Below are positions 28,301-37,774 of a stretch of 64,000 nt of DNA, piece after piece. Every line of letters starts with the position of its first letter. Position 1 is the first letter of the stretch. Both the position numbers and the translations under genes were made by a program. The stretch is from IMG/VR virus record IMGVR_UViG_2595698869_000001, positions 43,214 to 107,213 of that record; one strand, written 5' to 3'. The notes under the pieces were generated by a model, which was given only the letters and a program-made list of their open reading frames with translations, had not been told where the DNA came from and made no database searches. Source of the stretch: a virus (Duplodnaviria; Heunggongvirae; Uroviricota; Caudoviricetes).

Positions 28301-28827
28301 TCGTCTTCCTTGACGAGCGCTCGATCGAGTTCCAGGCCGAAAACCTCGACACCTCGGGTCAGAACCGCTGGTATAAGGCCGTCGGCTCGGGCATGTCGCT
28401 GTTCGAGACCGATCCGATCCAGATCAACTACCAGCCCCGCGACCTCATGCCCTACCGCCCGGCCGACATCCGTCGGGCGGTCGCGGGCGGCGACGTCACC
28501 GTAACCTGGAAGCGCCGCACGCGTTTCACGGCCACGCTGAAGGATGGCACCGGCGTGGTCAGCCTCAATGAAGGGACGGAAGCCTACGAGGCCTATGTGC
28601 TCGCCGCGCCGTACTCGGGGGACCTGTCGCGTCAAGACGCGCCGACCGTCTACCGTCGCAAATACACCCTGACGAGCCCGAGCTTCACCTACACGGCGGC
28701 CGAGCAGACGGCCGACGGATTTGACGTGAATCTTGACACTCTGCACGTGGTGATCTATCAGTTGAGTTCGGTTGTTGGTCGGGGTTTCCCCGGCGCGCGC
28801 TCGATTGAGTCCTGGCAGGACTTCTAA
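25351..28827 (+). CDS. Central tail tip/host-specificity protein (GTA megatron/phage-tail_3-like)
   Basis: IPEIYGT.RVGGNMIW, RIWADGK, PAYRGLCYVVF, LLRGRRGT, W.RRTR motifs. Confidence 0.88.
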   Translation: MAAAIALPIVSAIVSTAISYAFPSDGPRLRDTKVSASTYGNVIPEIYGTARVGGNMIWSKPFTEKKKKKRAGKGGSYYNEYTYYCDFAMAFCRGPVKEVRRIWADGKVIYDTTGGSEVIDNNKYRFRFYPGDEAQLPDSLIVEDKGADYAPAYRGLCYVVFDDFALADFGNRIPQIMAEVYAGDEGGAAITDIVPLPSSPVTGGSYQLGQMMIDADRGYFYLVDSVSNPAGTVLRRFLLANGKEDRREIVSIPQAQFPPSVYDSPDLTSVRAVTSKGELLCVFGGINNYMRIEKLDPYSWQSLGTIGRSYPFEGTPENSLEHSNTNFEISRDEKGNYLCLTLGVFGEYNIFDPSDMSFKGKGEMAGWGGPATPMYICARQGGSAASRRFYHVTYTGGASLQVCSLGEVLYNHPLDHPGDSQTATSWAFWDEGDPGVVFFYSDGPNRYIAKWSESTGVLAWKTQLRNGDPFCGYGVYGLRARIKDNEFHWVYNKHLFSINTATGQWIDRTFDQDFYKSDNDKTAEQVNDGDKGLLLPRDISEDYVIYDPRRNIVICIGAIQAQNGIVHVGGYTGGKTSVGAIVERLLVSTGQMTSNDYDLTPLYDIPVYGYGYASSTDIKSIIAELRNLFMFDLVESDGRLVARVRGDQDPDAEVPWKLLGSQGGPTPDKADYWKETRMSESDLPASIDLTYSNIDDDYNPSTAKSKRIASPVATMLSRQQVKAECNLVMDATEAKNRVNIMLYTQWEERTQHQTALPWLYANLDASDLISVTMEDGRNYFERIGSIEFGADFSSRLETYGTDSGAYLSDKTGDGGGAGRPTVVPAPKPVVGFILNTPLLRDTHDSGGNFSNWYSAIGAGAPGVFLGGTMFKSANSQDYIDLYQEPESAEWGTVMGVVPSPSHGWFALDWETRITITPAVDFFELESITDDELWEGLNLVVIGDEVLQFRDAVQNADGTWTIWNLLRGRRGTQYACDNHKAGERFVFLDERSIEFQAENLDTSGQNRWYKAVGSGMSLFETDPIQINYQPRDLMPYRPADIRRAVAGGDVTVTWKRRTRFTATLKDGTGVVSLNEGTEAYEAYVLAAPYSGDLSRQDAPTVYRRKYTLTSPSFTYTAAEQTADGFDVNLDTLHVVIYQLSSVVGRGFPGARSIESWQDF

Positions 28828-28899
28828 GCCCCCTTTCCACAATCCCGCGATCCCGGCCTGGGCGCCGGGATCGTCCCTTGTCATAAAAGTCGTGGAACG

Positions 28900-29742
28900 A
28901 TGAGCAATACGCCGATCCTGAGCATCCCCCAGGTTGCCCCCAACCAGAACCAAAAAGAAGACACGATCAACACGGGTCTGGCGATCCTGGAGGCGGCCCA
29001 GAACGACGACATCCAGCTTACGGTGTCGTCTGGCAACTACAACCTCACCACCGTTCAGTTCACCCGCGCCTTCCTGCATCGCTATGCGGGCCACACCAAC
29101 GCCACGGTCGTGGTGGTCATCCCCAACACCCCGCGCTGGTTCGCCGTCGCCAACGAAGGCGGCTACGCGATGGGCCTGAAGGTCTTCGGGCAAACCCCGG
29201 TGACCACCATCCAGCCGGGCAAGATCGTCCTCTTCCAGTCCGACGGGACCACGCTGCGCGCGATCTCCGAGGGCGTCAGCCGCATCTTCGACCTGTCCGA
29301 CGTCGATGGCTCCGACACGCCGTCCGACGGACAGGTCCTGGTCTGGAGCGCCACGACCAGCCGGTTCGAGCCGGCCGATCTGCCGGCCGATGTCGACTTC
29401 TGGACGACGGGCGTCACCCCCAACGACGGCGTCGTGCTGCGCAAGCTCTTTCTGCGCCCCGTGCGCTTCCTGGCCAACTTCCTGGGCTCGGTCGCCAAGG
29501 CGGGCGTCGCGGCGACCGCCAGCACCGTCTTCACGGTCAAGAAGACCACCGGAGTCACCACCACCACGGTCGGGACCATCACCTTCACGGGCTCTTCGGC
29601 CGCCTTCTCGACGGACCAGGGCAGCGGCGCGGTCACCGTCAACTTCGGGGCCGGCGACGTCATGACCATCACCGGACCGGCCTCGGCCGACGCCACCCTC
29701 GCTGACATCGTCGCTTCCCTCAAGGGCGTCATCCTGCAATGA
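28900..29742 (+). CDS. Tail fibre-associated protein (DUF2793-like N-terminus)
   Basis: TPILSIPQVAPNQNQKEDTIN; N and C termini paralogous to the next gene. Confidence 0.75.
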   Translation: MSNTPILSIPQVAPNQNQKEDTINTGLAILEAAQNDDIQLTVSSGNYNLTTVQFTRAFLHRYAGHTNATVVVVIPNTPRWFAVANEGGYAMGLKVFGQTPVTTIQPGKIVLFQSDGTTLRAISEGVSRIFDLSDVDGSDTPSDGQVLVWSATTSRFEPADLPADVDFWTTGVTPNDGVVLRKLFLRPVRFLANFLGSVAKAGVAATASTVFTVKKTTGVTTTTVGTITFTGSSAAFSTDQGSGAVTVNFGAGDVMTITGPASADATLADIVASLKGVILQ

Positions 29743-32700
29743 CCGATTACACGCCGATCCTGAAGCTCCCTGAGGTCGCGCCGAACCAAAACCAGAAGGA
29801 AGACACGATCAACACCGCGCTCGCCATCCTGGAGAGCGCGATGAACAACGTGAAGGTCTATACCCTCACCGGCGCGGGGCCGCGCAACCTCACCGAGGAC
29901 GACTACACCCGCTACTTCCTGCACCGGTTCTCGGGCCAGACCGCCGCCTACGAGGTCACCGTGCCGGCCGCCCTGCCGCGTTGGTTCGCGGTCGAGAACG
30001 CCGGCAGCTTCGCCATCACCGTGCGCTGCCAGGGCGTCACCGGCGGCCTGCCGTTCGAGGTTCCGCCCGGCAAGATCGGGCTGGCGGTCTCCGACGGCTC
30101 GGACGTCCGCACCGTCGTGCCGCAGTCGGGCATGGGCCTGCTCCAGGACCTCTCGGACGTCTCGGGCGTGCCGACCGACAAGCAGGTCCTGCGCTACGAC
30201 GCCGCCACCAGCCTGTGGAAGCCTTCGACTTTCACGATGGCCTTCACCCAACTGACCGACGTGCCGGGCAGCTATTCGGCCCAGCAAGGCAAGCTCGTGG
30301 CGGTCAACGCCGCCGGCACGGGTCTGGAGTTCGTCACCTCGGCCTCCAACGTCAACGACTTCCTCGACCTCACCGACACGCCCAGTTCCTATGCGGGCGC
30401 GGCGGGCAAGACCGTCAAGGTCTCGTCCGGCGGCACGGGCCTCGTGTTCGGGAGCCCGACCTTCCTGGAGAGCACCGACACCCCGTCCAGCTACAGCGGC
30501 GGCGCCAACAAGTTCGTCCGGGTCAATCCCGGCTCCAGCGCCCTGATCTTCTCGGACGTCAAGCTGACCGACCTCTCGGACGGGCCGGGGACCTATACCG
30601 GCTTCGGCGGCATGTTCCTGCGCGTCAAGAACGATGGCACGGGGTTCGAGTTCAACACCGGCTCGGGCGGCCCCGATAACTTCCTGGACCTGACCGACAC
30701 GCCTGACGCGTACACGGGTCAGGGGAACAAGGCCGTGCGGGTCAAATCCGACGTCTCGGGCCTGGAGTTCTATACCCCCAACTTCCTGCTCCTGTCGGAC
30801 ACCCCGGCCGACTACTCGGGCGCGGCCAACAAGGTCCTGCGCGTCAATGGCGCGGGCAACGCCGTCATCTTCAGCACCCTGGCCTTCCAGGACCTCCAGA
30901 ACGTCCCGACGGCCCAGGCCAACAAGTGGCTGCGCTGGAACCCGACGGCCACGGCGCTGATCAACGACACCCCGACCTTCCTGGGTCTGTCGGACACCCC
31001 GGCGGCCTATACCGGCAACGAGGGCAAGTACGTCTACGTCAAGGGTGACGGCTCGGGCCTGGGCTTCACCGCGACCTCGGCCAATCTGTCGTTCCTGGAA
31101 TTGAACGACACGATCGACACCACCTACGATTCCAAGACCGACATGGTGCCGATCGTCACCATCGTCTCGGGATCGCCGGTTCTGCAACTGGGCTACTACG
31201 CCTTCGCCAAGTTGGCCGGGATCAGCCTGTCCTCGCCGACCGAGGGCCAAATCCTCGGCTACAACGCCACCTCCGGCCTGTGGACCAACATCGACGCGCC
31301 CGAGGGCGGCGGTGGCTCGATCGGCGTGCCGTCGTATGGAGCGCATCCCTATTGGCGCCTGCTCCTGCACGCCACCGACGGTTCGACCGTCGAGTACGGC
31401 ATCCAGGAGATCGAGTTCAAGCACACCAAGACCGGGGCTGATCTGGCCAATGGCGGCACCGCCTCGGCCTCCTCGACGGCCGAAGGGTCGCCGGATGGGG
31501 CTTTTGACAACACCGTGGGTGCGGCGTGGTTCTCCTCGACGGCGGCGGATGGCCAGTGGATCAAGTACCACTTCACCGCGCCGGTCGACGTGCGCTACCT
31601 GACCCTGAAGGGCTCGCAGTCGCGGCCTAACGGCTCGCCCTCGGCCTTTTCCGTCCAGTACAGCGACGACGACTCGGCCTGGACCACCGCCTGGGAAGTC
31701 ACGGGCCAGACGGGCTGGGCGGCGGGCCAGACCCGCGAGTTCCACGCCCCGATCGATCTCTTCTTCACCGACCTCGCCGACGCGCCGCCCAGCTACATCG
31801 GGCAGGCGGGCAAGGCCCTGCGCGTCAACACCGGCGAGACCGCCCTGGAGTTCTTCACGCCCGCCACGACCCTGGCGACCATGGGCGACGTCGACTTCAC
31901 CTTCCCGCCGACCGATGGGCAGGTCCTGGCCTTCGACAACGCGACGGGCAAGTGGAAGCCCTACACCCTGACGTCCGAGGCCCAGCAGCCGGCCTTCCGG
32001 GGGGAATGGTCCGGCTCGGGCGAGAACGTCACCCTGACCTTCGATTCCCTGACCATTCCAAGCGAGTTGACGCCCGACGCCACCGGTTGGACGATCGTGG
32101 GGCAGGCCGACGCTACGGCCGGCACCACCCAGGCCCTGAAAACGCGCCCGATCAGCCACAACGGGCTCTGCTATATCCAGCAGACCGTCAACTTTGTCGG
32201 CGATACGCCGTTCAAGGTGCGCTACAAGGTTTCCTCTGAATCGGTGGACCTGTTCCGCGTTCTGGTGGATGGCTCGCAGGTCTACTCCGACGGCGGGAAC
32301 AACGGGACCTTCGAAGAGTTCTCGACGACCCTGTCGGGCACGCACACCATCCGTTATCAGTACACCAAGGACCCTAGCGCTTCCATCGGCGATGACTGTG
32401 TCTATATCAGCCAGATCAGCTACAAGAAGGTTCTGGACACGCCGTTCATCTACGGTGACACCGTCACCTATCTTGGCGAGACCTATTTCTGTCTGACCAG
32501 CAACACCACCGAGACGCCGGGCACGGGGAACGACTGGGTCAAATACGGCGGCTCGGGCTCGGGCACCTTCCTGGGTCTCACCGACACCCCGGCCAGCTAT
32601 TCGGGACAGTCGCTCAAGGCCGTGCGGGTCAAGGCCGACGAGACGGGCCTGGAGTTCTACACCGCCGCGACCGGCGGCAGCGGCGGTGCGGGCGGCGTCC

Positions 32701-33977
32701 TGCCCGAGCGCACGCGCCTGCATCGCACCACCACCCAGGCGATCCCGTCGGGGACCTGGACGGCCGTCCAGTGGGACTCGGAAGTGGAGGACCCGGTCGG
32801 GGCCTTCGTGTCGAGCGCCAATACCCGCATCACCGTCCCGGCCGGCGTCCAGAAGGCGCGGGTGACGGCCTATACGACCTGGAACACCAGCCCCACCAGC
32901 GCGACGATTGGCTTGGCGCTGCGGCGCAATGGCGTCGAGATTGGCGCCTCGGGCGGCACCAACATCGCCGCCACCCGGACGGGGTTCGCCGAAAGCCACC
33001 TGAACCTCACCTCCGAATGGTTCTCGGTCACGCAGGGCGACTACTACGAGGTCTATGTCCTCCAGAACTCCGGCTCCTCCCAGTCCCTGAACGGGCCGGT
33101 GTCGAAGTTCGGCGAGCACTCCTATGTCCAGTTCGAGTGGGACGTGGGACCGGCGGCCCAGCAGTACGAAGCCCACGCCGCCCATCAGGGCTGGCGCGTG
33201 GTGGTCACCGAGAGCCAGACCGACACCTTCGCGACGATCGCGGAATTGAAGTTCTACGACCGGTCCGGAACCTTGGTCCCGACGACGGGCGGCAAGGTCT
33301 ACGACACCAACTCCCACGGGACCTATCCGGCCTCCCAGGCGTTCGACGGCAACACCTCCACCTACTGGTCGTCGTTGCAGCAGACCTCGACCGACCTCCC
33401 CGGCGGTCCCGGCTATATCTTTGCCTCGGGCGTGGACGTGGGGTCGTTCAAGATCACCACCACCGGCTCGGACTTCAACACCACCAACTCCCCCAAGAAC
33501 TTCTCGCTGCAATATACCGACGACGATGGGGCGTCGTGGAAGACCTACGCGATCTATACCAACCAGACGGGCTGGGGCGTCAGCGAGGAGCGCACCTTCA
33601 CCGTGCCGGTGGTGGGCGTGGCGGCCAACGCGCCGGGCGGCGGCAACACCTCGGCCGACTTTGGCTCCTTCATCGCCGGCAAGCCCCTGGCCAGCGAGAA
33701 AGCGATCCGCTTCGTGGTCGCCACCCCGTTCACGGTCACGACCGGCGTCCACCAAGGCTCGGCCGAGACGGCGGCGACCGCTTCGCGCACGTTCAGCTTC
33801 GCCAAGAATGGCGTTGAGTTCCTGACCGCGACCTTCGCGGCGGCGGGGACGGTGGCCACGTTCTCGGCCAACACCGCCACGAGCTTCGCCGCCGGGGACA
33901 TCCTGCTGATCACCGCCCCGTCGACCCAGGACGCCACCCTGGCGGACATCTCCTTCACCCTCAAGGGAATCCGATAG
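29739..33977 (+). CDS. Tail fibre (1412 aa) with FLDLTDTP..Y.G repeats and two discoidin/F5-8-like domains
   Basis: About a dozen FL.L.DTP..Y.G....V.V repeats; two W(R)....T....IXEIXF...G...ASS...AFD domains. Confidence 0.85.
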   Translation: MTDYTPILKLPEVAPNQNQKEDTINTALAILESAMNNVKVYTLTGAGPRNLTEDDYTRYFLHRFSGQTAAYEVTVPAALPRWFAVENAGSFAITVRCQGVTGGLPFEVPPGKIGLAVSDGSDVRTVVPQSGMGLLQDLSDVSGVPTDKQVLRYDAATSLWKPSTFTMAFTQLTDVPGSYSAQQGKLVAVNAAGTGLEFVTSASNVNDFLDLTDTPSSYAGAAGKTVKVSSGGTGLVFGSPTFLESTDTPSSYSGGANKFVRVNPGSSALIFSDVKLTDLSDGPGTYTGFGGMFLRVKNDGTGFEFNTGSGGPDNFLDLTDTPDAYTGQGNKAVRVKSDVSGLEFYTPNFLLLSDTPADYSGAANKVLRVNGAGNAVIFSTLAFQDLQNVPTAQANKWLRWNPTATALINDTPTFLGLSDTPAAYTGNEGKYVYVKGDGSGLGFTATSANLSFLELNDTIDTTYDSKTDMVPIVTIVSGSPVLQLGYYAFAKLAGISLSSPTEGQILGYNATSGLWTNIDAPEGGGGSIGVPSYGAHPYWRLLLHATDGSTVEYGIQEIEFKHTKTGADLANGGTASASSTAEGSPDGAFDNTVGAAWFSSTAADGQWIKYHFTAPVDVRYLTLKGSQSRPNGSPSAFSVQYSDDDSAWTTAWEVTGQTGWAAGQTREFHAPIDLFFTDLADAPPSYIGQAGKALRVNTGETALEFFTPATTLATMGDVDFTFPPTDGQVLAFDNATGKWKPYTLTSEAQQPAFRGEWSGSGENVTLTFDSLTIPSELTPDATGWTIVGQADATAGTTQALKTRPISHNGLCYIQQTVNFVGDTPFKVRYKVSSESVDLFRVLVDGSQVYSDGGNNGTFEEFSTTLSGTHTIRYQYTKDPSASIGDDCVYISQISYKKVLDTPFIYGDTVTYLGETYFCLTSNTTETPGTGNDWVKYGGSGSGTFLGLTDTPASYSGQSLKAVRVKADETGLEFYTAATGGSGGAGGVLPERTRLHRTTTQAIPSGTWTAVQWDSEVEDPVGAFVSSANTRITVPAGVQKARVTAYTTWNTSPTSATIGLALRRNGVEIGASGGTNIAATRTGFAESHLNLTSEWFSVTQGDYYEVYVLQNSGSSQSLNGPVSKFGEHSYVQFEWDVGPAAQQYEAHAAHQGWRVVVTESQTDTFATIAELKFYDRSGTLVPTTGGKVYDTNSHGTYPASQAFDGNTSTYWSSLQQTSTDLPGGPGYIFASGVDVGSFKITTTGSDFNTTNSPKNFSLQYTDDDGASWKTYAIYTNQTGWGVSEERTFTVPVVGVAANAPGGGNTSADFGSFIAGKPLASEKAIRFVVATPFTVTTGVHQGSAETAATASRTFSFAKNGVEFLTATFAAAGTVATFSANTATSFAAGDILLITAPSTQDATLADISFTLKGIR

Positions 33978-34187
33978 ATGGCCGACGGTACGGCTCGCGT
34001 AACACAGGAGACGGTGGAGATCATCTCCACCGGCCCCAAGCCCGTTCGCCTGACCCAGGAGACAGTGGAGGTCATCTCGACCTCCCAACGTCCCACCCGT
34101 TTGACCCAGGTCACCGTGGAGGTGATCCGATCGATCGGGATCGTGACGGAACGCCCGCGCCGCCTCATCTTCATGCTCGGAGCCTGA
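33978..34187 (+). CDS. 69-aa protein with three RLTQ.TVEVI repeats
   Basis: Starts immediately after the fibre stop; repeats visible at DNA and protein level. Confidence 0.7.
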   Translation: MADGTARVTQETVEIISTGPKPVRLTQETVEVISTSQRPTRLTQVTVEVIRSIGIVTERPRRLIFMLGA

Positions 34188-34188
34188 C

Positions 34189-35277
34189 ATGGCCTATATT
34201 TTCGTCGACGGCTGCGACAGCGGCAGTAACGCCACCAACACCCCGATGGCTCAGAAGTGGAGTTGGGCCGTCACCAATACGAGCTACCTTAACTGGGGAG
34301 GCACGGGGCGTTTCGGCGGTCAGGCCTACTATGGCGCCATCTCCTCGCTCAACATCTATGGCGCCGGGAAGTCTTTCCCGATCACCGGGACGGCGGTCGG
34401 CACCGATGAGTTCTTCATGGGGTGTAGCCTCTACATGGCCGGCACCGCCAGCGGTGGCTACATCATGACGTTCCAGAACTCGTCGCCGGTTCTCGACGGG
34501 TCGGTCACCTATAGCGCCACGGCTGCGCCCACCCAACTGGCGATCCGCCTGACCGGTTCAATGACTCTGGCGATCTATCGGGGCGCGACGCTCCTGGCGA
34601 CGGGCACCACGGTGCTGACGGCGGGCCAGTGGTATCGCATCGAGGCGCGGATCGTGATCTCCAACACTGGGGTGTTTGATATTCGCCTGAACGGCAATCC
34701 CGAGATCACCTTCTCGGGCGACACCTATGACACCGGCGACCAGGGCGTGCGACAGTTCTGCATCTTGCCGACCGCCAACACCTCCACGTCGCTGCGTTTC
34801 GACGACATCGTGCTCTACAACAGCGCGGCGGTCGAAGGCGAGCCGACGACGTGGCTGGGCGATCTGCGGATCGACACCCTGCGGCCGACCGCCAACGGCG
34901 ATGTCGTCAACTCCACGCCGCTCTCGGGCGCGGCCTATGCGGCGGTCGATGAGGTGGCTATCGATGGCGACACCACCTATACCGAGTCGACCAATGTCGG
35001 CGACAAGGACCTCTACCAGCTAGGCGACCTGACCGAAACGCCGCAGACGATCCATGCGGTGGTCGTCACCGCCGTGGCCAAGTCGACGGGTACGACCAAT
35101 CGGGCGCTCAAGCTCAAGGTCAAGTCGAGCGTCGAGGGCGACAGCGCCGCCAAGACCGTGCCGCTGAGCGCCTATGGGAGCCTGCAAGCGTCGTTCTCGC
35201 GCGACCCGGCGACGGCGGCGGCCTGGACCGCGACCGCCGTCAACGGCATGCAGGCCGGCTGGCAGGTCGACACCTGA
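34189..35277 (+). CDS. Virion beta-sandwich (lectin/concanavalin-like) protein
   Basis: 362 aa beta-rich; WYRIEARI...FDIRLNG; FDDIVL. Confidence 0.7.
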   Translation: MAYIFVDGCDSGSNATNTPMAQKWSWAVTNTSYLNWGGTGRFGGQAYYGAISSLNIYGAGKSFPITGTAVGTDEFFMGCSLYMAGTASGGYIMTFQNSSPVLDGSVTYSATAAPTQLAIRLTGSMTLAIYRGATLLATGTTVLTAGQWYRIEARIVISNTGVFDIRLNGNPEITFSGDTYDTGDQGVRQFCILPTANTSTSLRFDDIVLYNSAAVEGEPTTWLGDLRIDTLRPTANGDVVNSTPLSGAAYAAVDEVAIDGDTTYTESTNVGDKDLYQLGDLTETPQTIHAVVVTAVAKSTGTTNRALKLKVKSSVEGDSAAKTVPLSAYGSLQASFSRDPATAAAWTATAVNGMQAGWQVDT

Positions 35278-35356
35278 CGAATGTCGTGAATCTTGACATC
35301 GGCATATTTCCGGACCATAGTCAAGGCCTTGATTTTCAGCACTTCCGGAATTCCAC

Positions 35357-35998
35357 ATGCGTGTCTCCGACACCGGCCTGAAGCTGATCCAGGCCTGGGA
35401 AGGCCTTGGTGACGGGAACCCCGCCACGGTCGACCTGGAGCCCTATGTCTGCCCGGCCAAGGTCTGGACGGTCGGTTGGGGGCACGCCCTGAAGACGCCG
35501 ACCGGTCAGATCATCGACGTCGACGTCTTCGGCGCCGCCAGGGCCAAGGTCCTGGCGGCCGAATCCATGCAGCGCAAGTTTGGCAAGGGCGCGATCACCC
35601 GTGATCAGGCCGTCGCCCTGCTGCGCGAGGATGTCACGGGCTTCGAGCGCTCGGTCGACAAGATGATCGGCGCGGCCGGCGCCACCCAGGCCCAGTTCGA
35701 CGCCCTGGTCTCGTTCGCCTTCAACTGCGGTTCGGCAAACCTCCAGTCCTCGACCCTCCTGCGCCTGCACAACGCCGGCAAGCGCGCGGTGGGCGATGTG
35801 TCGATGTCGGCGCTCTGCAAGGAGAGCAAGCTCTCCACGCCGATCGGCAACATCGCCGTGGCCTTCTCGCGCTGGAACAAGGTCAACAAGGTCTGGGCGC
35901 TGGGACTGTTCCGCCGCCGGCTGTCCGAGGTCCTGGTCTATGGCGGGCATAATCCCGACGAGGCGGTCAAGGCCGCCCAGGGCTTCAAGGGCTGCTGA
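35357..35998 (+). CDS. Endolysin, GH24 lysozyme
   Basis: LIQAWEG, PYVCPAKVWTVGWGH, QAQFDALVSFAFNCG, GLFRRR motifs. Confidence 0.92.
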   Translation: MRVSDTGLKLIQAWEGLGDGNPATVDLEPYVCPAKVWTVGWGHALKTPTGQIIDVDVFGAARAKVLAAESMQRKFGKGAITRDQAVALLREDVTGFERSVDKMIGAAGATQAQFDALVSFAFNCGSANLQSSTLLRLHNAGKRAVGDVSMSALCKESKLSTPIGNIAVAFSRWNKVNKVWALGLFRRRLSEVLVYGGHNPDEAVKAAQGFKGC

Positions 35999-36000
35999 TC

Positions 36001-36489
36001 ATGAGCCTGTTCGGTGTCATCGCCCTGGCCTGGAAGTTCTTCCTCAACCCGGCTGTCATGGGCGTCGTCTTCGCGGCGATCGCCGCCCTGACGGGATTGT
36101 GGCTGCTGGGCGGCCCGGTCCTGTTCTGGAAGGTGGTGCGCGACGCGCGCCTCTGGCTCGTCGTCGCCTGCGCGGCGGTGCTCTTCGGCTACGCCCATCT
36201 CCAGACCAAGCTCGAAAAGGCCGAGCAGCGCCTGGAGGAGATCGCCGACCAGAAGCAGGCCCATGACGACGGCCAGGAGGTCGTCAAGAACAACATCAAA
36301 AAGCAGGTCAAGCGCGCCAAGCAGGCGGCCAAGTACCAAGAGGTTATTCACGATGCCCCGACTGGCGAAAAGCTCGACGCGCTCCTCGACGAGTTCGCGC
36401 GTGATCAAGGCGGTGCTGCTCCCGTCCCTGGTGATGCTCAGCCTGACCCTGGCGGCGTGTCAAACCGTCCCGGTCGGGTTCTCCCCTGA
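36001..36489 (+). CDS. Inner-membrane spanin candidate
   Basis: Hydrophobic N-terminal helices then coiled coil; overlaps a lipoprotein gene. Confidence 0.75.
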   Translation: MSLFGVIALAWKFFLNPAVMGVVFAAIAALTGLWLLGGPVLFWKVVRDARLWLVVACAAVLFGYAHLQTKLEKAEQRLEEIADQKQAHDDGQEVVKNNIKKQVKRAKQAAKYQEVIHDAPTGEKLDALLDEFARDQGGAAPVPGDAQPDPGGVSNRPGRVLP

Positions 36490-36742
36490 CGACCTCTATC
36501 CCAAGGAACTGCGGACCTGCGCGCCCGCGCCGCAGGTTCCCCCGCGCCCCGCGCCCGGCGCGCCCCGCCCCGAGGACGTCCAGGCCGGCTACGTCAAGGA
36601 TGACCATCTCGCCGGCGCCGACTGCCGCGACAAGGTCGAATCCTGGAACGAGCGGGCCGTCAAGTACGAGGCCCAGTACAAGGCCATGAACGCCGGCCCG
36701 GTCGGCAAGTTCTTCAGCAAGCTCAAGGGGAAGACGCAGTGA
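36401..36742 (+). CDS. Outer-membrane spanin lipoprotein
   Basis: GTG start 36401, signal peptide with lipobox LAA-C, Pro-rich, overlapping the i-spanin in another frame. Confidence 0.8.
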   Translation: MIKAVLLPSLVMLSLTLAACQTVPVGFSPDDLYPKELRTCAPAPQVPPRPAPGAPRPEDVQAGYVKDDHLAGADCRDKVESWNERAVKYEAQYKAMNAGPVGKFFSKLKGKTQ

Positions 36743-37218
36743 CGCCGCCCTGGATCGCCGCGCCGCTGCGGGTCTGCGGCAACTTCTTTCGCTGGGTCCG
36801 CCTGACCCTGGACACGCTCTGCGATCGCCCTGACCACCTCCAGCGCCTGTCGATCATCGGCTCGGGCATGGCGGCCTTCCCGCTGATCATCGGGATCATC
36901 GCGATCCTGGTGCATTTCGGCCTGCACGGGCCGGACAGCGCCGCCGCCCTGGCGACCATCCCGATCATCGGCAACATGGGCTATGGCGCCCTGGCGCTCT
37001 ACGCCCTCTCCCAGGTGGCGCTCCTGGGGATCATCAAGGGCGTGCGCCTTTCCGGTCCTGGCGGCGTCAATGTCGAGATCGAGACCACCTCGGGCGATGG
37101 CGACGGCCTGTCCGACACCCACACCACGATCGTCGAGCGCGGCCGGCGTCACGGCCGCGATCACGATTGTGTCCCCAACCCTCAAGCCGGCTCTGGCGCC
37201 GGCGCTATCACGGAGTAG
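36739..37218 (+). CDS. Holin candidate (2 TM helices)
   Basis: Two hydrophobic segments, charged C-terminus, in the lysis cassette. Confidence 0.6.
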   Translation: MTPPWIAAPLRVCGNFFRWVRLTLDTLCDRPDHLQRLSIIGSGMAAFPLIIGIIAILVHFGLHGPDSAAALATIPIIGNMGYGALALYALSQVALLGIIKGVRLSGPGGVNVEIETTSGDGDGLSDTHTTIVERGRRHGRDHDCVPNPQAGSGAGAITE

Positions 37219-37223
37219 GGACC

Positions 37224-37397
37224 ATGCGCGAAGGCTTCATGCTGGAAGGCTATGGCGGTCTGAAGATCGGTCCGGGCGGCGGGGCTGACCCGTACACGAC
37301 CTTGGGCGACGGCGGCTCGGAAGGCTGCATCCCGGTCAAGGACGACATCTCCGGCGACAGCGGGACCGAGATCATCTCCCCGCTCGGCTATGGCTAA
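37224..37397 (+). CDS. Gly/Asp-rich 57-aa peptide
   Basis: ATG 37224 after GGAG/GGGA, GC3-biased codons. Confidence 0.55.
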   Translation: MREGFMLEGYGGLKIGPGGGADPYTTLGDGGSEGCIPVKDDISGDSGTEIISPLGYG

Positions 37398-37462
37398 CCT
37401 TGCGACATAAGGTCGCATGTCATGATCCTTGACAGAACGACGATCTTCGAGTATGGTCGCGG

Positions 37463-37755
37463 CTCTTCGACGGCATCCCACCGTCACCCATGGCTCGCGA
37501 CCCACCGTTCGCAGGGAGATGCTCGCGACCAAGGCGGTAGCCGGAACGACGCTAGGCTGCGAAGCCAAGCCTCCGGAACACGCAGCAGCCGGCTGGAACG
37601 CTAGGCCGTTACGTCCAAACGGGGCCAGGACCTGTGAGGCGAAAGCCGAAAGGCCCCACCACCCGACAAGGGTTCACGCGTGATGCGGAAGAGGGACGTC
37701 AGTCCTGAAGTGTCTCAGGTGCAGAAGGCCCGCCGGTTTCCCGGCGGGCCTTTTT
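37463..37755 (+). ncRNA. Candidate ~290-nt structured RNA at the convergence of the two gene blocks
   Basis: TTGACA(37429)-N17-TATGGT promoter, internal repeats and GNRA hairpins, 12-bp terminator at 37725-37755; no convincing ORF. Confidence 0.5.
37725..37755. terminator. Terminator between converging transcription units
   Basis: AAGGCCCGCCGG-TTTC-CCGGCGGGCCTT-TTT. Confidence 0.8.
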
Positions 37756-37774
37756 CTGGTCTGGGGACTAGGAC

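Noticed and set aside
16694-34190. Very long minus-strand ORFs (16694..21937, 25345..29739, 29163..34190) and similar ORFs opposite other genes
   Set aside because: Shadow frames of GC3-biased genes on the other strand; no motifs, RBS or operon logic.
37224-37397. Lasso-peptide precursor (T-L-G junction, Gly-rich)
   Set aside because: No Asp/Glu at core positions 7-9, and no lasso protease or cyclase genes in the window.
37621-37657. Hammerhead-like string CTGTGAG-GC-GAAA-GC-CGAAA
   Set aside because: Core is CUG-UGA (one nucleotide short of CUGANGA), and there is no room for stem I or an NUH cleavage triplet.
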